A stretch of 64,000 nt of DNA, from contig JAZNHB010000038.1 of NCBI GenBank assembly GCA_045576715.1, forward strand, positions 8,100-72,099, written 5' to 3'. The position numbers and the translations under genes are program-made. The DNA is from Faecousia sp. (GTDB taxonomy: Bacteria > Bacillota > Clostridia > Oscillospirales > Oscillospiraceae). Within the stretch, counting starts at the first letter, position 1; every line of letters begins with the position of its first letter. Below are positions 39,271-48,715 of this stretch, piece after piece. The notes below the pieces were generated by a model. That model was not told the origin of the DNA. It was given only the letters and a program-made list of their open reading frames with translations, and did not search any database.

Positions 39271-39753
39271 ATGTCCGACTTTACCCACTTTAATGAACAG
39301 GGTCGCGCCAAGATGGTGGATGTGGGAGAAAAACCCATCTCGCAACGCACCGCAGTGGCAGCGGGCCGCGTGCTTGTAAATGAAGAAACCTTTTCTCTGA
39401 TTCAAAGCGGCGGTATGAAGAAGGGAGATGTGTTAACGGTTGCGCAAATTGCCGGTGTTATGGGCGCCAAGCGCACCCCGGATATCATCCCAATGTGTCA
39501 TCCCATCTTGATGGATGGCATTAATTTGGAGCTGACACTGGATGAAAACCGCAAATCTGTGGAGATCCGCGCCACCGTTTCCTGCGATGGCCGTACGGGC
39601 GTAGAGATGGAGGCGCTGACGGCGGTATCCACCGCTGCTCTCACAGTTTATGATATGTGTAAGGCGGTCCAAAAAGATATTGTAATCTCCAACATCCGGC
39701 TACTCAGCAAAACCGGTGGCGTCCATGGAGATTATTTCAGGAAGGAGTACTAA
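39271..39753 (+). CDS. moaC: Cyclic pyranopterin monophosphate synthase
   Basis: 'THFNEQGRAKMVDV', 'IIPMCHP', 'TGVEMEALT', 'YDMCKA'. Confidence 0.97.
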   Translation: MSDFTHFNEQGRAKMVDVGEKPISQRTAVAAGRVLVNEETFSLIQSGGMKKGDVLTVAQIAGVMGAKRTPDIIPMCHPILMDGINLELTLDENRKSVEIRATVSCDGRTGVEMEALTAVSTAALTVYDMCKAVQKDIVISNIRLLSKTGGVHGDYFRKEY

Positions 39754-39754
39754 T

Positions 39755-40246
39755 ATGTATACTGCTGCTGTCATTACCATCAGTGACAAGGGATACCGTG
39801 GTGAGCGTGTAGATACCAGCGGTCCGAATCTGGTGGAGATTTTGAAGGATAAAGGCTTCGATGTCACTTATACTCAAATCATTCCCGATGACCGGGAGAT
39901 GATTAAGTCCGAGCTTATCAAATGTGCCGACGAAATGCATATTGCACTGGTGTTGACCACAGGCGGCACAGGCTTTTCGCCCCGGGATATTACACCGGAA
40001 GCTACTATGGAGGTAGTGGAACGCCCCACGCCCGGTATCCCCGAAGCGATGCGGGTAGAGTCTATGCGGATCACGCCGAAGGGTTGCCTGTCCAGATCTA
40101 GCGCAGGTATCCGCGGCCGCAGCCTGATCATCAACCTTCCCGGCAGCAAAAAGGCAAGCCAGGAAAACATTCTGGCGGTTATCGATCCTGTTTCTCACGG
40201 ACTGGATATGCTTTACTCTGAAGGCAGCGCAGACTGCGCCAAATAA
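39755..40246 (+). CDS. mog: MogA/MoaB molybdopterin adenylyltransferase
   Basis: 'TISDKG...D.SG', 'TTGGTGFSPRDITPEAT', 'NLPGS'. Confidence 0.92.
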   Translation: MYTAAVITISDKGYRGERVDTSGPNLVEILKDKGFDVTYTQIIPDDREMIKSELIKCADEMHIALVLTTGGTGFSPRDITPEATMEVVERPTPGIPEAMRVESMRITPKGCLSRSSAGIRGRSLIINLPGSKKASQENILAVIDPVSHGLDMLYSEGSADCAK

Positions 40247-40290
40247 AAATATGGACCTGTTGCGTATTTTGCAACAGGTCCAGTTTTGTT

Positions 40291-40683
40291 TCAGTTTAGT
40301 TCTGTTTCTGTAACGCACTCATTCTTGATTCGGCCCACCAAATATTGCAGCGCATCCACAACTCTGGGACGAATATCACCACCAATGAGTACATACATAA
40401 TGTCGTCGCCCATTTTGAGTTGACCTTCATTCAGCCAGACCTTGATATAGTAAATACCCCCCATTTTGTAGGTGTCGGAAATGACGGAATCGACCTTTTC
40501 CTGGTCATAGGAAAAGACCATGCCGGTTACTTCCTTGGCGTCCTCTGCACCGTAACGGACTTTTGCCTTGGCAGTCTGGCGGACAGTGCCGTTATGGGTC
40601 AGATACATGCCGATTTTCGGCGCAGATTCATGGGCTTTGGCTTCTGCCAGCCATGCGTCAATGGAAGGAATTTCTTTTTTCAT
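40291..40683 (-). CDS. moaE: MoaE-family molybdopterin synthase large-subunit-like protein
   Basis: 'GMYLTHNGTVR', 'NEGQLKMGDDIMYVLIGGDIR'. Confidence 0.75.
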   Translation of the reverse strand: MKKEIPSIDAWLAEAKAHESAPKIGMYLTHNGTVRQTAKAKVRYGAEDAKEVTGMVFSYDQEKVDSVISDTYKMGGIYYIKVWLNEGQLKMGDDIMYVLIGGDIRPRVVDALQYLVGRIKNECVTETELN

Positions 40684-40884
40684 TATGAAAACCTCCAACT
40701 TGAAAAATAGATCGGCACCTGACTGTGCCTTTTCTTTATTATACCATGTAGCGCAAGCGAAATGGTATAATAGCCATATTTTCCGGTTTCCGGCGAAGCC
40801 GGGGAGGAAAATGGCGATAAATTGGTATAATAACTGCTATGCAGTTATTATACCGCATATTTTCAAAAAAGAAAAGAAAAACTG

Positions 40885-40913
40885 TTGATTTTTCTTTTCT
40901 TTTGTGCTATAAT
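40885..40913 (+). promoter_or_regulatory. sigmaA promoter of the tup operon
   Basis: TTGATT-17 bp-TATAAT with an extended TG. Confidence 0.65.
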
Positions 40914-41068
40914 CTTTTGGTAAAAACGAACCCCCAAATTGTGAGGGTACATAGCCTTTGTGGAGCGGTGGACGAGCCTCTTCCCGAAAGCAAAATGGTA
41001 ATACGGAAAGTATATCCTTTTGCATTTGGGATGGTTCGTTTTTTTATTATCTTTTTTGGAGGAACAAT

Positions 41069-42037
41069 ATGAAAAAACTGATTTCCTTGCTGCTCGCACT
41101 GGTTATGATTATGGGTCTGACCGCGTGCACAACCAAACTGAAGGATGAGACTCCTGCCGTTGACACCGTGATCCTGAAGGAAGCCGACGACAAGATGCTC
41201 AACACCTATTCTGCCATCGCTGTCAATCCCGAAGCTCCCTTTGTGGATGCTGACGGCAACGCAGTATCCGGCGTCTATGTGAACACCGCCGGTGCCAATG
41301 CTTTGATTCAGTGGCTGCTGAGTGAAGAGGCTCTGAAGATGGCCGGCGAATACGGCTACAAGGAGTACGGCGAGTACCTGTTCTATGGGCTGGAGAATGC
41401 TCCCAAGTATACCGGCGAGATTGCCAAGGCTACTGAAGAAACCAAGACAATCCGTCTGTCTACCACTACTTCCGTGAAGGACTCCGGCCTGCTGGGCTAC
41501 CTGCTGCCCGCTTTCGAAACTGCTTACGGCTACAAGGTAGAGGTCCAGTCTGCAGGTACCGGTAAGGCCATTGCTGCCGCTAAGGCAGGTAATGCCGACC
41601 TGATCCTGGTCCACTCCAAGAGCCAGGAAGAGACCTTTGTAAACGACGGTTTTGGCCGTGTGGTGGAAGGTTTCAGCGCTGAGCGCGTTTCCTTTATCTA
41701 CAACTACTTCGTCCTGTGCGGTCCTTCTGCTGACCCCGCCGGTGCCAAGGCTGCCGCTTCCGTTCTGGATGCTTTCAAGGCGATTGCTGACGGCAAGCAT
41801 AAGTTTATTTCCCGGGGTGACGGCTCCGGCACCCACACCAAGGAACTGGCTCTGTGGCCCGAGTCCCTGGGCATCACCAAGGAAGCTGATTCTTTCAAGA
41901 ATTATACCGAGTGGTACGTTTCCGCCAACACCGGCATGGGCGCATGCCTGGTTATGGCCGAAGAAATGGATGCCTATATCCTGACCGATAAGGCTACCTT
42001 CCTGACCTTTGTAGCAAACAAAGGTGTTATGGATTGA
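41069..42037 (+). CDS. tupA: Tungstate ABC transporter substrate-binding lipoprotein, circularly permuted
   Basis: Lipobox 'LTAC'; 'STTTSVKDSGLL', 'GTGKA', 'SRGDGSGTH.KE', 'AYILTDKATFL'. Confidence 0.9.
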   Translation: MKKLISLLLALVMIMGLTACTTKLKDETPAVDTVILKEADDKMLNTYSAIAVNPEAPFVDADGNAVSGVYVNTAGANALIQWLLSEEALKMAGEYGYKEYGEYLFYGLENAPKYTGEIAKATEETKTIRLSTTTSVKDSGLLGYLLPAFETAYGYKVEVQSAGTGKAIAAAKAGNADLILVHSKSQEETFVNDGFGRVVEGFSAERVSFIYNYFVLCGPSADPAGAKAAASVLDAFKAIADGKHKFISRGDGSGTHTKELALWPESLGITKEADSFKNYTEWYVSANTGMGACLVMAEEMDAYILTDKATFLTFVANKGVMD

Positions 42038-42115
42038 TTTTCCAACAATTATAAAGTAAAATAATCCCGTGGGAGTTCTCTCCTACGGGATTTTCTAAAG
42101 AAAGGAGCAGCACAC

Positions 42116-42802
42116 ATGAAAACATCCTTGATGAAAGCAATTGAGCTGATTGCGTCCATGGATGCGGAATTGCTGGACATCTTAAGTGTCACTGCGCAAA
42201 TGAGTCTTCAAAGCTCTATTATTGCCCTTTTGATCGGTCTGCCCATCGGCATTTGGTTGGGAGCTTGCAGATTCCCCGGAAGAAATGTGCTGCTGGTTGC
42301 CAACCGGACTCTGATGGGTATGCCGCCGGTTGTTTGCGGTTTGCTATTCTATATGCTGTTTTCCGGTGTCGGACCATTCCGGCATCTGCGGCTATTGTTT
42401 ACGGTAGATATCATGATTATGGCGCAGGTCGTGCTGATCACACCGATTGTGGTAGGCAATATGGAAACCTATGTGGCCGGCGTTGCTCCGGCTGTTCGGG
42501 AAACGGCAAAAGGCCTTGGGCTGAGCGGCACAAAAACCTTCCTGCTTCTGTGCAGCGAATGTATCTACCAGATCATCTCCGCCTATTTACTGGCTTTCTC
42601 CCGTTCTATTGCTGAGGTGGGAGCGGTGTCCATGGTTGGCGGGGCAATTAGCTGGAAAACCAATGTCATGACCACGGCTATTATGCAGTATACGAACCGT
42701 GGCAATTTCTCCTTGGGCGTGGCGTTAGGGATTATTCTGCTGAGCCTTTCACTGATTGTCAATATTGTAATTTCCCTGCTGCAAAGGAGGCTGAGTCGAT
42801 GA
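42116..42802 (+). CDS. tupB: Tungstate ABC transporter permease
   Basis: 'MGMPPVVCGL', 'FSRSIAEVGAVSMVGG', 'VMTTAI'. Confidence 0.9.
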   Translation: MKTSLMKAIELIASMDAELLDILSVTAQMSLQSSIIALLIGLPIGIWLGACRFPGRNVLLVANRTLMGMPPVVCGLLFYMLFSGVGPFRHLRLLFTVDIMIMAQVVLITPIVVGNMETYVAGVAPAVRETAKGLGLSGTKTFLLLCSECIYQIISAYLLAFSRSIAEVGAVSMVGGAISWKTNVMTTAIMQYTNRGNFSLGVALGIILLSLSLIVNIVISLLQRRLSR

Positions 42803-43452
42803 AGATTTCTCCTTTTTCCAAGACCTATGAAGGTCGATGCGTTCTGGATTTTCCCGGAATTGAATTGCAGCATGGAAGGATCTACGCCATCGTCGGAGCA
42901 AACGGCAGCGGAAAATCCACCTTCGCCAAGATCCTTGCAGGGGTCTTGCGCCCGGACATGAGAGACCGGCTGTTCAGCGGCGGTGCAATCGGATATATGC
43001 CCCAAAAAAATTACGCCTTCCGTATGAGCACAAAAGCCAATCTTTTATTGAACGGTAATGACATGGCTCGCGCCAATGCCTTGATGGATGCAGTCCATAT
43101 CAGGCATCTTGCTAACAAACGTGCGGATCGTCTCTCAGGCGGTGAAACCGCCCGAATGGCTCTGGCACGGCTCATGATGAAACAATATGACATGGTCATT
43201 CTGGATGAACCGACTGCAGCTATGGATATGGAAACATCTTTGCTGGCTGAAAAAGTAATCGTGGAATATGTAAAAAAGACCGGCTGCGCTTTGGTGCTGG
43301 TTACGCATAGTTTACAGCAGGCGCGGCGGATCGCGGATGAAGTACTGTTTTTCCATGAGGGAAGGCTTTTAGAAGTTGGTACTGCCCAGCAGATGCTAAC
43401 CTCTCCTGAAAAGGATGAAACAAAACGCTTTTTAGAGTTCTATGGATTCTAA
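42799..43452 (+). CDS. tupC: Tungstate ABC transporter ATPase
   Basis: Walker A 'GANGSGKS', signature 'LSGGE', Walker B 'ILDEPT'. Confidence 0.88.
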   Translation: MKISPFSKTYEGRCVLDFPGIELQHGRIYAIVGANGSGKSTFAKILAGVLRPDMRDRLFSGGAIGYMPQKNYAFRMSTKANLLLNGNDMARANALMDAVHIRHLANKRADRLSGGETARMALARLMMKQYDMVILDEPTAAMDMETSLLAEKVIVEYVKKTGCALVLVTHSLQQARRIADEVLFFHEGRLLEVGTAQQMLTSPEKDETKRFLEFYGF

Positions 43453-43558
43453 CTTCCTATTCTATCATATTTATAAATAAACCTACTAATATTAATCGGA
43501 TTGCGGTTTCAGGCAAATACGGTGGGCGTGCTGCAAAAAGCAGCACGCCCGCTTTGTC

Positions 43559-43990
43559 TTACGATTTTTTCTGCACACCTCGGTTAGGCGCGAAGCGTCG
43601 AATGGCAAATAATCCAGCTATACAAAGAACTCCGGTCAGAGTGATCCATAATTTGTCGTGAGCCCAAATAACTTGGCAGGTAATGGCTATGATAAACAAT
43701 TCCAAAATACTTCCAAGGGAAGTATTTATGAGCATTCTTATAAACTTCAGTACCACAGCAAAGGTTAACACGTTGCGAAGGTGGTTGTTTGTATCAAACA
43801 GATACCCTTCTGCCGTGAACATACGGAAGATTTCTATCGCCAATGTTACTACAAGAAAGATAATTGTCGCAGCGGCAATTGTCAGTTTTATAAAGCGGAG
43901 AACTTGGTAGAGGATGCTCTTTGATTGAGAGCATCGGGCTTCTTGATTTTTTGGTTGAAGATCTGTCTGCTGTTCTGAACGCATACGCAT
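43559..43990 (-). CDS. Small 4-TM membrane protein (PsiE-like)
   Basis: Four hydrophobic helices, 'GLFAIRRF' C-terminus, RBS GGGAGG. Confidence 0.55.
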   Translation of the reverse strand: MRMRSEQQTDLQPKNQEARCSQSKSILYQVLRFIKLTIAAATIIFLVVTLAIEIFRMFTAEGYLFDTNNHLRNVLTFAVVLKFIRMLINTSLGSILELFIIAITCQVIWAHDKLWITLTGVLCIAGLFAIRRFAPNRGVQKKS

Positions 43991-44329
43991 AGCTAACCTC
44001 CCTCTGTATTCTCCTTGATAGTATATAGGTATTTAGAGAAAAAGGAAAGACTAATTTCGATAACGGTAAGATTCGCTGTAATGTTCTAAATGTTCAAATA
44101 AAGGAAAGTGCGACGTGGATTCCACACCGCACTTTTAAAAATCACCGTAAAGTGATATTCTATTAAGGAAGGGGCCCCGAGGATTGGGCAAATCGGGGGC
44201 CCCGAAGGAAGGATAACACGCCTGTGACAAGGGGGAGTGCGCAGGTGTGTTATAAACAATTTAAAGTGATGCACCAGTACTTTGCAAAAAACGATCTATA
44301 GGTATTAACTATAGAATATTTTGCGTTCA

Positions 44330-45733
44330 TCATTCCCGGTTTGCATCAGTTGAGGTGATTGCGAAATTACAGCCTTTTAATCTGTTGGGAGCGCTGTAGA
44401 TATTAAAACGGCTCTCCCGGGAAAAACCCAGAAGCGTAATATTGGCACTGCGGGCAGTTTCCACAGCCGCGATAGTGGGCGTGGAACGGGATACGATCAT
44501 AGGAACACCGATGGCGGCCACCTTTTGGATCATATCCATAGGGATCCGGCCACTGGTAAGGATATACTTATCTTTCAGCGAAATTCCACTGAGCAGTGCC
44601 TTTCCCGCCAGCTTGTCCATGGCATTGTGGCGGCTGATATCCACGCAGGAGAAGTAAGTGCCGCTGTCGTCACAAAGCGCACAGCAATGGGTTCCGGCAG
44701 TAGCTTTTTGCAGCGTAGAATTATCGTAGAACCGCTGCTGATTGTCAAGCAGGATCTCTGGGTCAAATACGGCACTGTCACACAGAGGCGTCCGGGACTG
44801 AGGCTCGAACTGTGCAAGCTGGGCAGAAGCTCTTCCTGCGTCTTCATCCAGCTCCAGGGATATAATGTCATCCAGAGAACGGATATAACCTTGTGTGTAC
44901 AGATATCCTATCAGTAGTTCTTTTCGCTCACTGGGAGAACAGTATAGTGTCCTGTCCGTTTTTCCGGAAATCTCTACATGCAAAGCGGTTTCGTGGACCA
45001 TCAAATCCCGCATGGGAACATATTCTCCCCGGATGTAGCGAACGATTTCCAGCTTATCCACCAGGGCTCTGGCTTCCCCTTCCGGTTCTTCTGTGGTGGT
45101 GCCTAAGTACTTTTCGTATTCGCTGCGGGTATTGATGTTGGTAAACATTTGAAGCTCCTTATCAAAACTGGCAGCCTCATCCTGGGAGATCACGCAGGCC
45201 CGGCTTGCGTAAATAAAGCGGAACAGAGAACTGTTTCCGGTTTCCAGCCGGTAAACCACCTCGTCCAACAGTGCGCGGGAATAAAAGGCGTTGAATGGCT
45301 CAAGCCGATCTTGAAATTTGCCGGCACAGATATCTGCTCCGGAATTCAAAAGATTATTTTTCAGATGGCGAACGAAATCCAAATTTACTACCGGCATATC
45401 GCAAGCCAGCAGATACACATATTGACTGCGGGCGTGGTTTAGTGCCGAATGGACACCGGCCAAAGGACCTTTACCCAGATAGATATCGCTGCAAAGCCGG
45501 ACATCAATACCTTCATACAGCTGAGGCTTGGCGGTGACAATCAGGATGTCAGAGAATTCTTCTTTCAGGGTTCGAATGATGTTTTCCAGAATTCGGCGGT
45601 CATCTGCCATTAGGAGTTGTTTATCAAAACCCATCCGGGAGGATTTTCCTCCTGCCAGGATGGCAGCGGTTCCAAACATAGGAAGAGCCTCCCGGAGCGT
45701 TTCCGCTCCGGGATTTTCGCTTGTAGTATTCAC
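44330..45733 (-). CDS. MobA (Mo/W-cofactor guanylyltransferase)-FdhD (sulfurtransferase) fusion
   Basis: N-terminal 'ILAGGKSSRMG.DK', 'GPLAG', 'ACDMP', 'NINT'; C-terminal 'DISRHNAMDK', 'TSGR', 'T..A.E.A...NITLLGF'. Confidence 0.88.
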   Translation of the reverse strand: MNTTSENPGAETLREALPMFGTAAILAGGKSSRMGFDKQLLMADDRRILENIIRTLKEEFSDILIVTAKPQLYEGIDVRLCSDIYLGKGPLAGVHSALNHARSQYVYLLACDMPVVNLDFVRHLKNNLLNSGADICAGKFQDRLEPFNAFYSRALLDEVVYRLETGNSSLFRFIYASRACVISQDEAASFDKELQMFTNINTRSEYEKYLGTTTEEPEGEARALVDKLEIVRYIRGEYVPMRDLMVHETALHVEISGKTDRTLYCSPSERKELLIGYLYTQGYIRSLDDIISLELDEDAGRASAQLAQFEPQSRTPLCDSAVFDPEILLDNQQRFYDNSTLQKATAGTHCCALCDDSGTYFSCVDISRHNAMDKLAGKALLSGISLKDKYILTSGRIPMDMIQKVAAIGVPMIVSRSTPTIAAVETARSANITLLGFSRESRFNIYSAPNRLKGCNFAITSTDANRE

Positions 45734-45735
45734 GG

Positions 45736-48411
45736 TTACGCCTTCTCGATCCGGGCGGCGCAGACCTTCAGCTCGGGGATCTTTGCGGTGGGATCGGTGA
45801 CAGTGTTGGTCAGCAGGTTGGCAGGGCCGTCTGCAAAGTGGAAGGGCATAAACAGCACGCCTTCCGGTACGATGTCAGTAACTCTTGCTTCCACGACAAC
45901 TCCGCCACGGCGGGAGGAGACCTTCACATCATCTCCTGGAGCGATGCCCAGCTTGGCAGCGTCGGCAGGGTTCACTTCCACATAGGAGCGGCCAGCGATA
46001 TTCTTCAGGCCTTCGACGCGGCCGGTCATGGTGCTGGTGTGATAATGATACAGAATACGACCTGTGGTGAAGATCATGGGATATTCACTGTCGGGAGTTT
46101 CTGCGGAGGGACGGTAGGGAGCGGGTTTGAACAGCGCGCGCTCACCGCGGCTGAACTTACCCACATGCAGAATGGGAGTGCCGGGATGATCGGCGGTGGG
46201 GCAGGGCCACTGCAGGCCTTCCTTTTCCAGGCGCTCATAGCTCATGCCACCGTAGGAGGGAGTGACAGATGCGATTTCAGCAAAGACTTCTTCAGCGGTA
46301 CGGAAGCTGTTGCCGTAACCCAAAGCAGCCATCACATCAGAGAGGATCTCAAAGTCTGCGTGGCTCTGACCGATGGGGTTGATAGCCTTGCGAATCCGCT
46401 GTACACGGCGCTCGGTGTTGGTAAAGGTGCCGTCCTTTTCTGCAAAGGTGCAGCCGGGCAGAACTACATCTGCCAAAGCAGCGGTCTCGGTCAGGAAGAT
46501 GTCCTGAACAACCAGCAATTCACAAGCCTTCAGCGCCTTTTCCACATGGTTCAGGTCGGGATCGGACATCATAGGGTTCTCGCCCATAATGTACAGGCCA
46601 CGGATCTTGCCTTCTTCCACAGCATTCATGATCTCGGTCACGGTTAGACCGGGCTTGCCGGACAGGCTGACACCCCAAGCCTTTTCAAACTTTTCACGAA
46701 CGGCATCGTTGAAAATCTTCTGGTAGCCGGGCATATCGCCGGGCAGACAACCCATATCGCAAGCGCCCTGAACATTGTTCTGACCGCGCAGGGGGTTGAC
46801 ACCGCAGCCGTACTTGCCGATTTTGCCGCACAGCAGAGCCAGGTTAGAGGTGCCCATAACGCCCTCAGTACCGGTGGAATGCTGGGTAACACCCATAGCA
46901 TAGTAGATGCCGGCCTTGTCAGCCTTGGCATACAGGCGGGCGGCCTTCTTGAGTTCTTCTGCATCGATCTGGCAAATTTCAGCAACCACCTCGGGGGTGT
47001 AGTCCTTAACGACTTCCTTAAGCTCTTCATAGCCTTCGGTACGCTCATCAATGTACTTCTGGTCCTGCAGGCCTTCGGAGATGATCACATTCATCAGACC
47101 GTTGAACAGCGCAACATTGGTGCCGGGCTTGATCTGCAGGAACACATCTGCCTCGCGGCACAAGGGGATACGCCGAGGCTCAGCAACGATAATCTTTGCA
47201 CCCTTCTTTTTTGCCTGACGGATCAGAGATCCGATAACGGGGTGGGTCTCGGTGGTGTTGGAGCCGGTGACGAAGACCACATCCTGATCAGCGGCTTCCG
47301 CAATAGAGTTGGTCATAGCACCGGAGCCCAGAGTAGTAGCCAGGCCGGCAACAGTGGAGGCGTGGCACAGACGTGCGCAGTGGTCCACATTGTTGGTGCC
47401 GATGGCAGCACGCATCATCTTCTGGAAGACATAGTTATCTTCGTTGGAGCAGCGGGCGCTGCTGAGGCCGGCCAGAGCATCGGGGCCGGATTCTGCCTTG
47501 ATAGTATTAATCTTAGTTGCCACATAGGTAATGGCCTCATCCCAAGAGGCTTCCTGTAGCACACCGTCCTTGCGGATCAAGGGAGTGGTCAGACGGTCCT
47601 TGTGGTTGATAAAGTTGTAACCAAACTTGCCCTTGACGCAGAGCAGGCCCTTGTTGGCCTTGCCGTACAGAGGCTGTGCGCCGACAACGGTGTTGTCCTT
47701 CACCAACAGCTCCAGCTGACAGCCTACGCCGCAGTAGGTACAGGTGGTGGGGACCTTCTTGGTTTCAAAAGCGCGGTAACGAACCTTAGACTTGGGCAAC
47801 AGAGCACCTACGGGGCAAACGCTGACACAGTTACCGCAGGATACGCAGTTAGTGCCGCGGATCAGCTGATCGAAGGGTGTAGAGATCTTGGCCTTGAAGC
47901 CGCGGTTTGCGATGCCGATGGCAGCTTCACCGTGGAGCTTCTGGCAAGTCTGGACGCAGCGCTGACAGAGGATGCACTGCTGGGGATTGTAAGTAAAGAA
48001 TTCGTTGGAGTCGTCGATAGGGTAATCGTTCTTCACACCGGCAAAGCTGGTCTTTTCTACACCGTACTCATAGCACAGATTCTGCAGCTGGCAATCACCG
48101 TTCTTGGCGCAGCTGAAGCAGTCTGCATTGTGGGTAGACAGCATCAAATCCAGAACAGATCTTCTGGCAGCAATGACCTTTTCGCTCTTGGTGTAGATCA
48201 CATTGCCCTCAGCTACAGGCGTGGAGCAGGCGGTGAACAGCTTGGGGATACCCTCAATCTCCACCAGGCAGATCCGGCAGGATGCCTCAGGGGTCAGGTC
48301 CTTCAGGTAGCAAAGGGTAGGAATCTCGATACCTACACTCTGAGCAGCCTCCAAAATGGTACTGCCTTCCTTGGCTTGCACTTTAATGCCGTCGATAGTT
48401 ACATTCAGCAT
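45736..48411 (-). CDS. fdhA: Formate dehydrogenase alpha subunit (bis-MGD, Cys-ligated) with an N-terminal HydA/NuoG-like Fe-S module
   Basis: 'IPTLC..CRIC..C' 2Fe-2S, HxxxCxxC, two CxxCxxC, 'TCTYCGVGC', active site 'DHCARLCHAS', 'LRGQNNVQG'. Confidence 0.95.
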   Translation of the reverse strand: MLNVTIDGIKVQAKEGSTILEAAQSVGIEIPTLCYLKDLTPEASCRICLVEIEGIPKLFTACSTPVAEGNVIYTKSEKVIAARRSVLDLMLSTHNADCFSCAKNGDCQLQNLCYEYGVEKTSFAGVKNDYPIDDSNEFFTYNPQQCILCQRCVQTCQKLHGEAAIGIANRGFKAKISTPFDQLIRGTNCVSCGNCVSVCPVGALLPKSKVRYRAFETKKVPTTCTYCGVGCQLELLVKDNTVVGAQPLYGKANKGLLCVKGKFGYNFINHKDRLTTPLIRKDGVLQEASWDEAITYVATKINTIKAESGPDALAGLSSARCSNEDNYVFQKMMRAAIGTNNVDHCARLCHASTVAGLATTLGSGAMTNSIAEAADQDVVFVTGSNTTETHPVIGSLIRQAKKKGAKIIVAEPRRIPLCREADVFLQIKPGTNVALFNGLMNVIISEGLQDQKYIDERTEGYEELKEVVKDYTPEVVAEICQIDAEELKKAARLYAKADKAGIYYAMGVTQHSTGTEGVMGTSNLALLCGKIGKYGCGVNPLRGQNNVQGACDMGCLPGDMPGYQKIFNDAVREKFEKAWGVSLSGKPGLTVTEIMNAVEEGKIRGLYIMGENPMMSDPDLNHVEKALKACELLVVQDIFLTETAALADVVLPGCTFAEKDGTFTNTERRVQRIRKAINPIGQSHADFEILSDVMAALGYGNSFRTAEEVFAEIASVTPSYGGMSYERLEKEGLQWPCPTADHPGTPILHVGKFSRGERALFKPAPYRPSAETPDSEYPMIFTTGRILYHYHTSTMTGRVEGLKNIAGRSYVEVNPADAAKLGIAPGDDVKVSSRRGGVVVEARVTDIVPEGVLFMPFHFADGPANLLTNTVTDPTAKIPELKVCAARIEKA

Positions 48412-48715
48412 AGCTTCCTCCTAAAATAGATGGACACGGCAACACCATCACAAGATGGCATAAACCGCCAAATTAATCTCTTATACCAATTCAATATTAT
48501 ACGGGCAAGAAGGCAAAAAAGCAATAGAATTTCACATATTTCTACAGAAAAAATTATTTGCAGAAATCGCGGATAACTTATTGCTTTTAGTCGCTGTAAG
48601 TGGTATTATCTTATAGTAAACAAAATTAAACTGGCGTTGGTATGCGCCGGTATCCGCAAAACGGACGATTCCCTTTGGGCGAATTTTGTAATTGTGAATT
48701 AACAGGAGGTAAACT

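Noticed and set aside
47360-47390. Selenocysteine recoding in FdhA
   Set aside because: The active-site codon is TGC (CARLCH), the ORF has no in-frame TGA, and I saw no sel genes or tRNA-Sec.
48625-48690. ZMP/ZTP (pfl) riboswitch upstream of the hydC-like gene
   Set aside because: ACTGGCG and TGGGC fragments are present, but the P1/P2 architecture and pseudoknot partners could not be matched.
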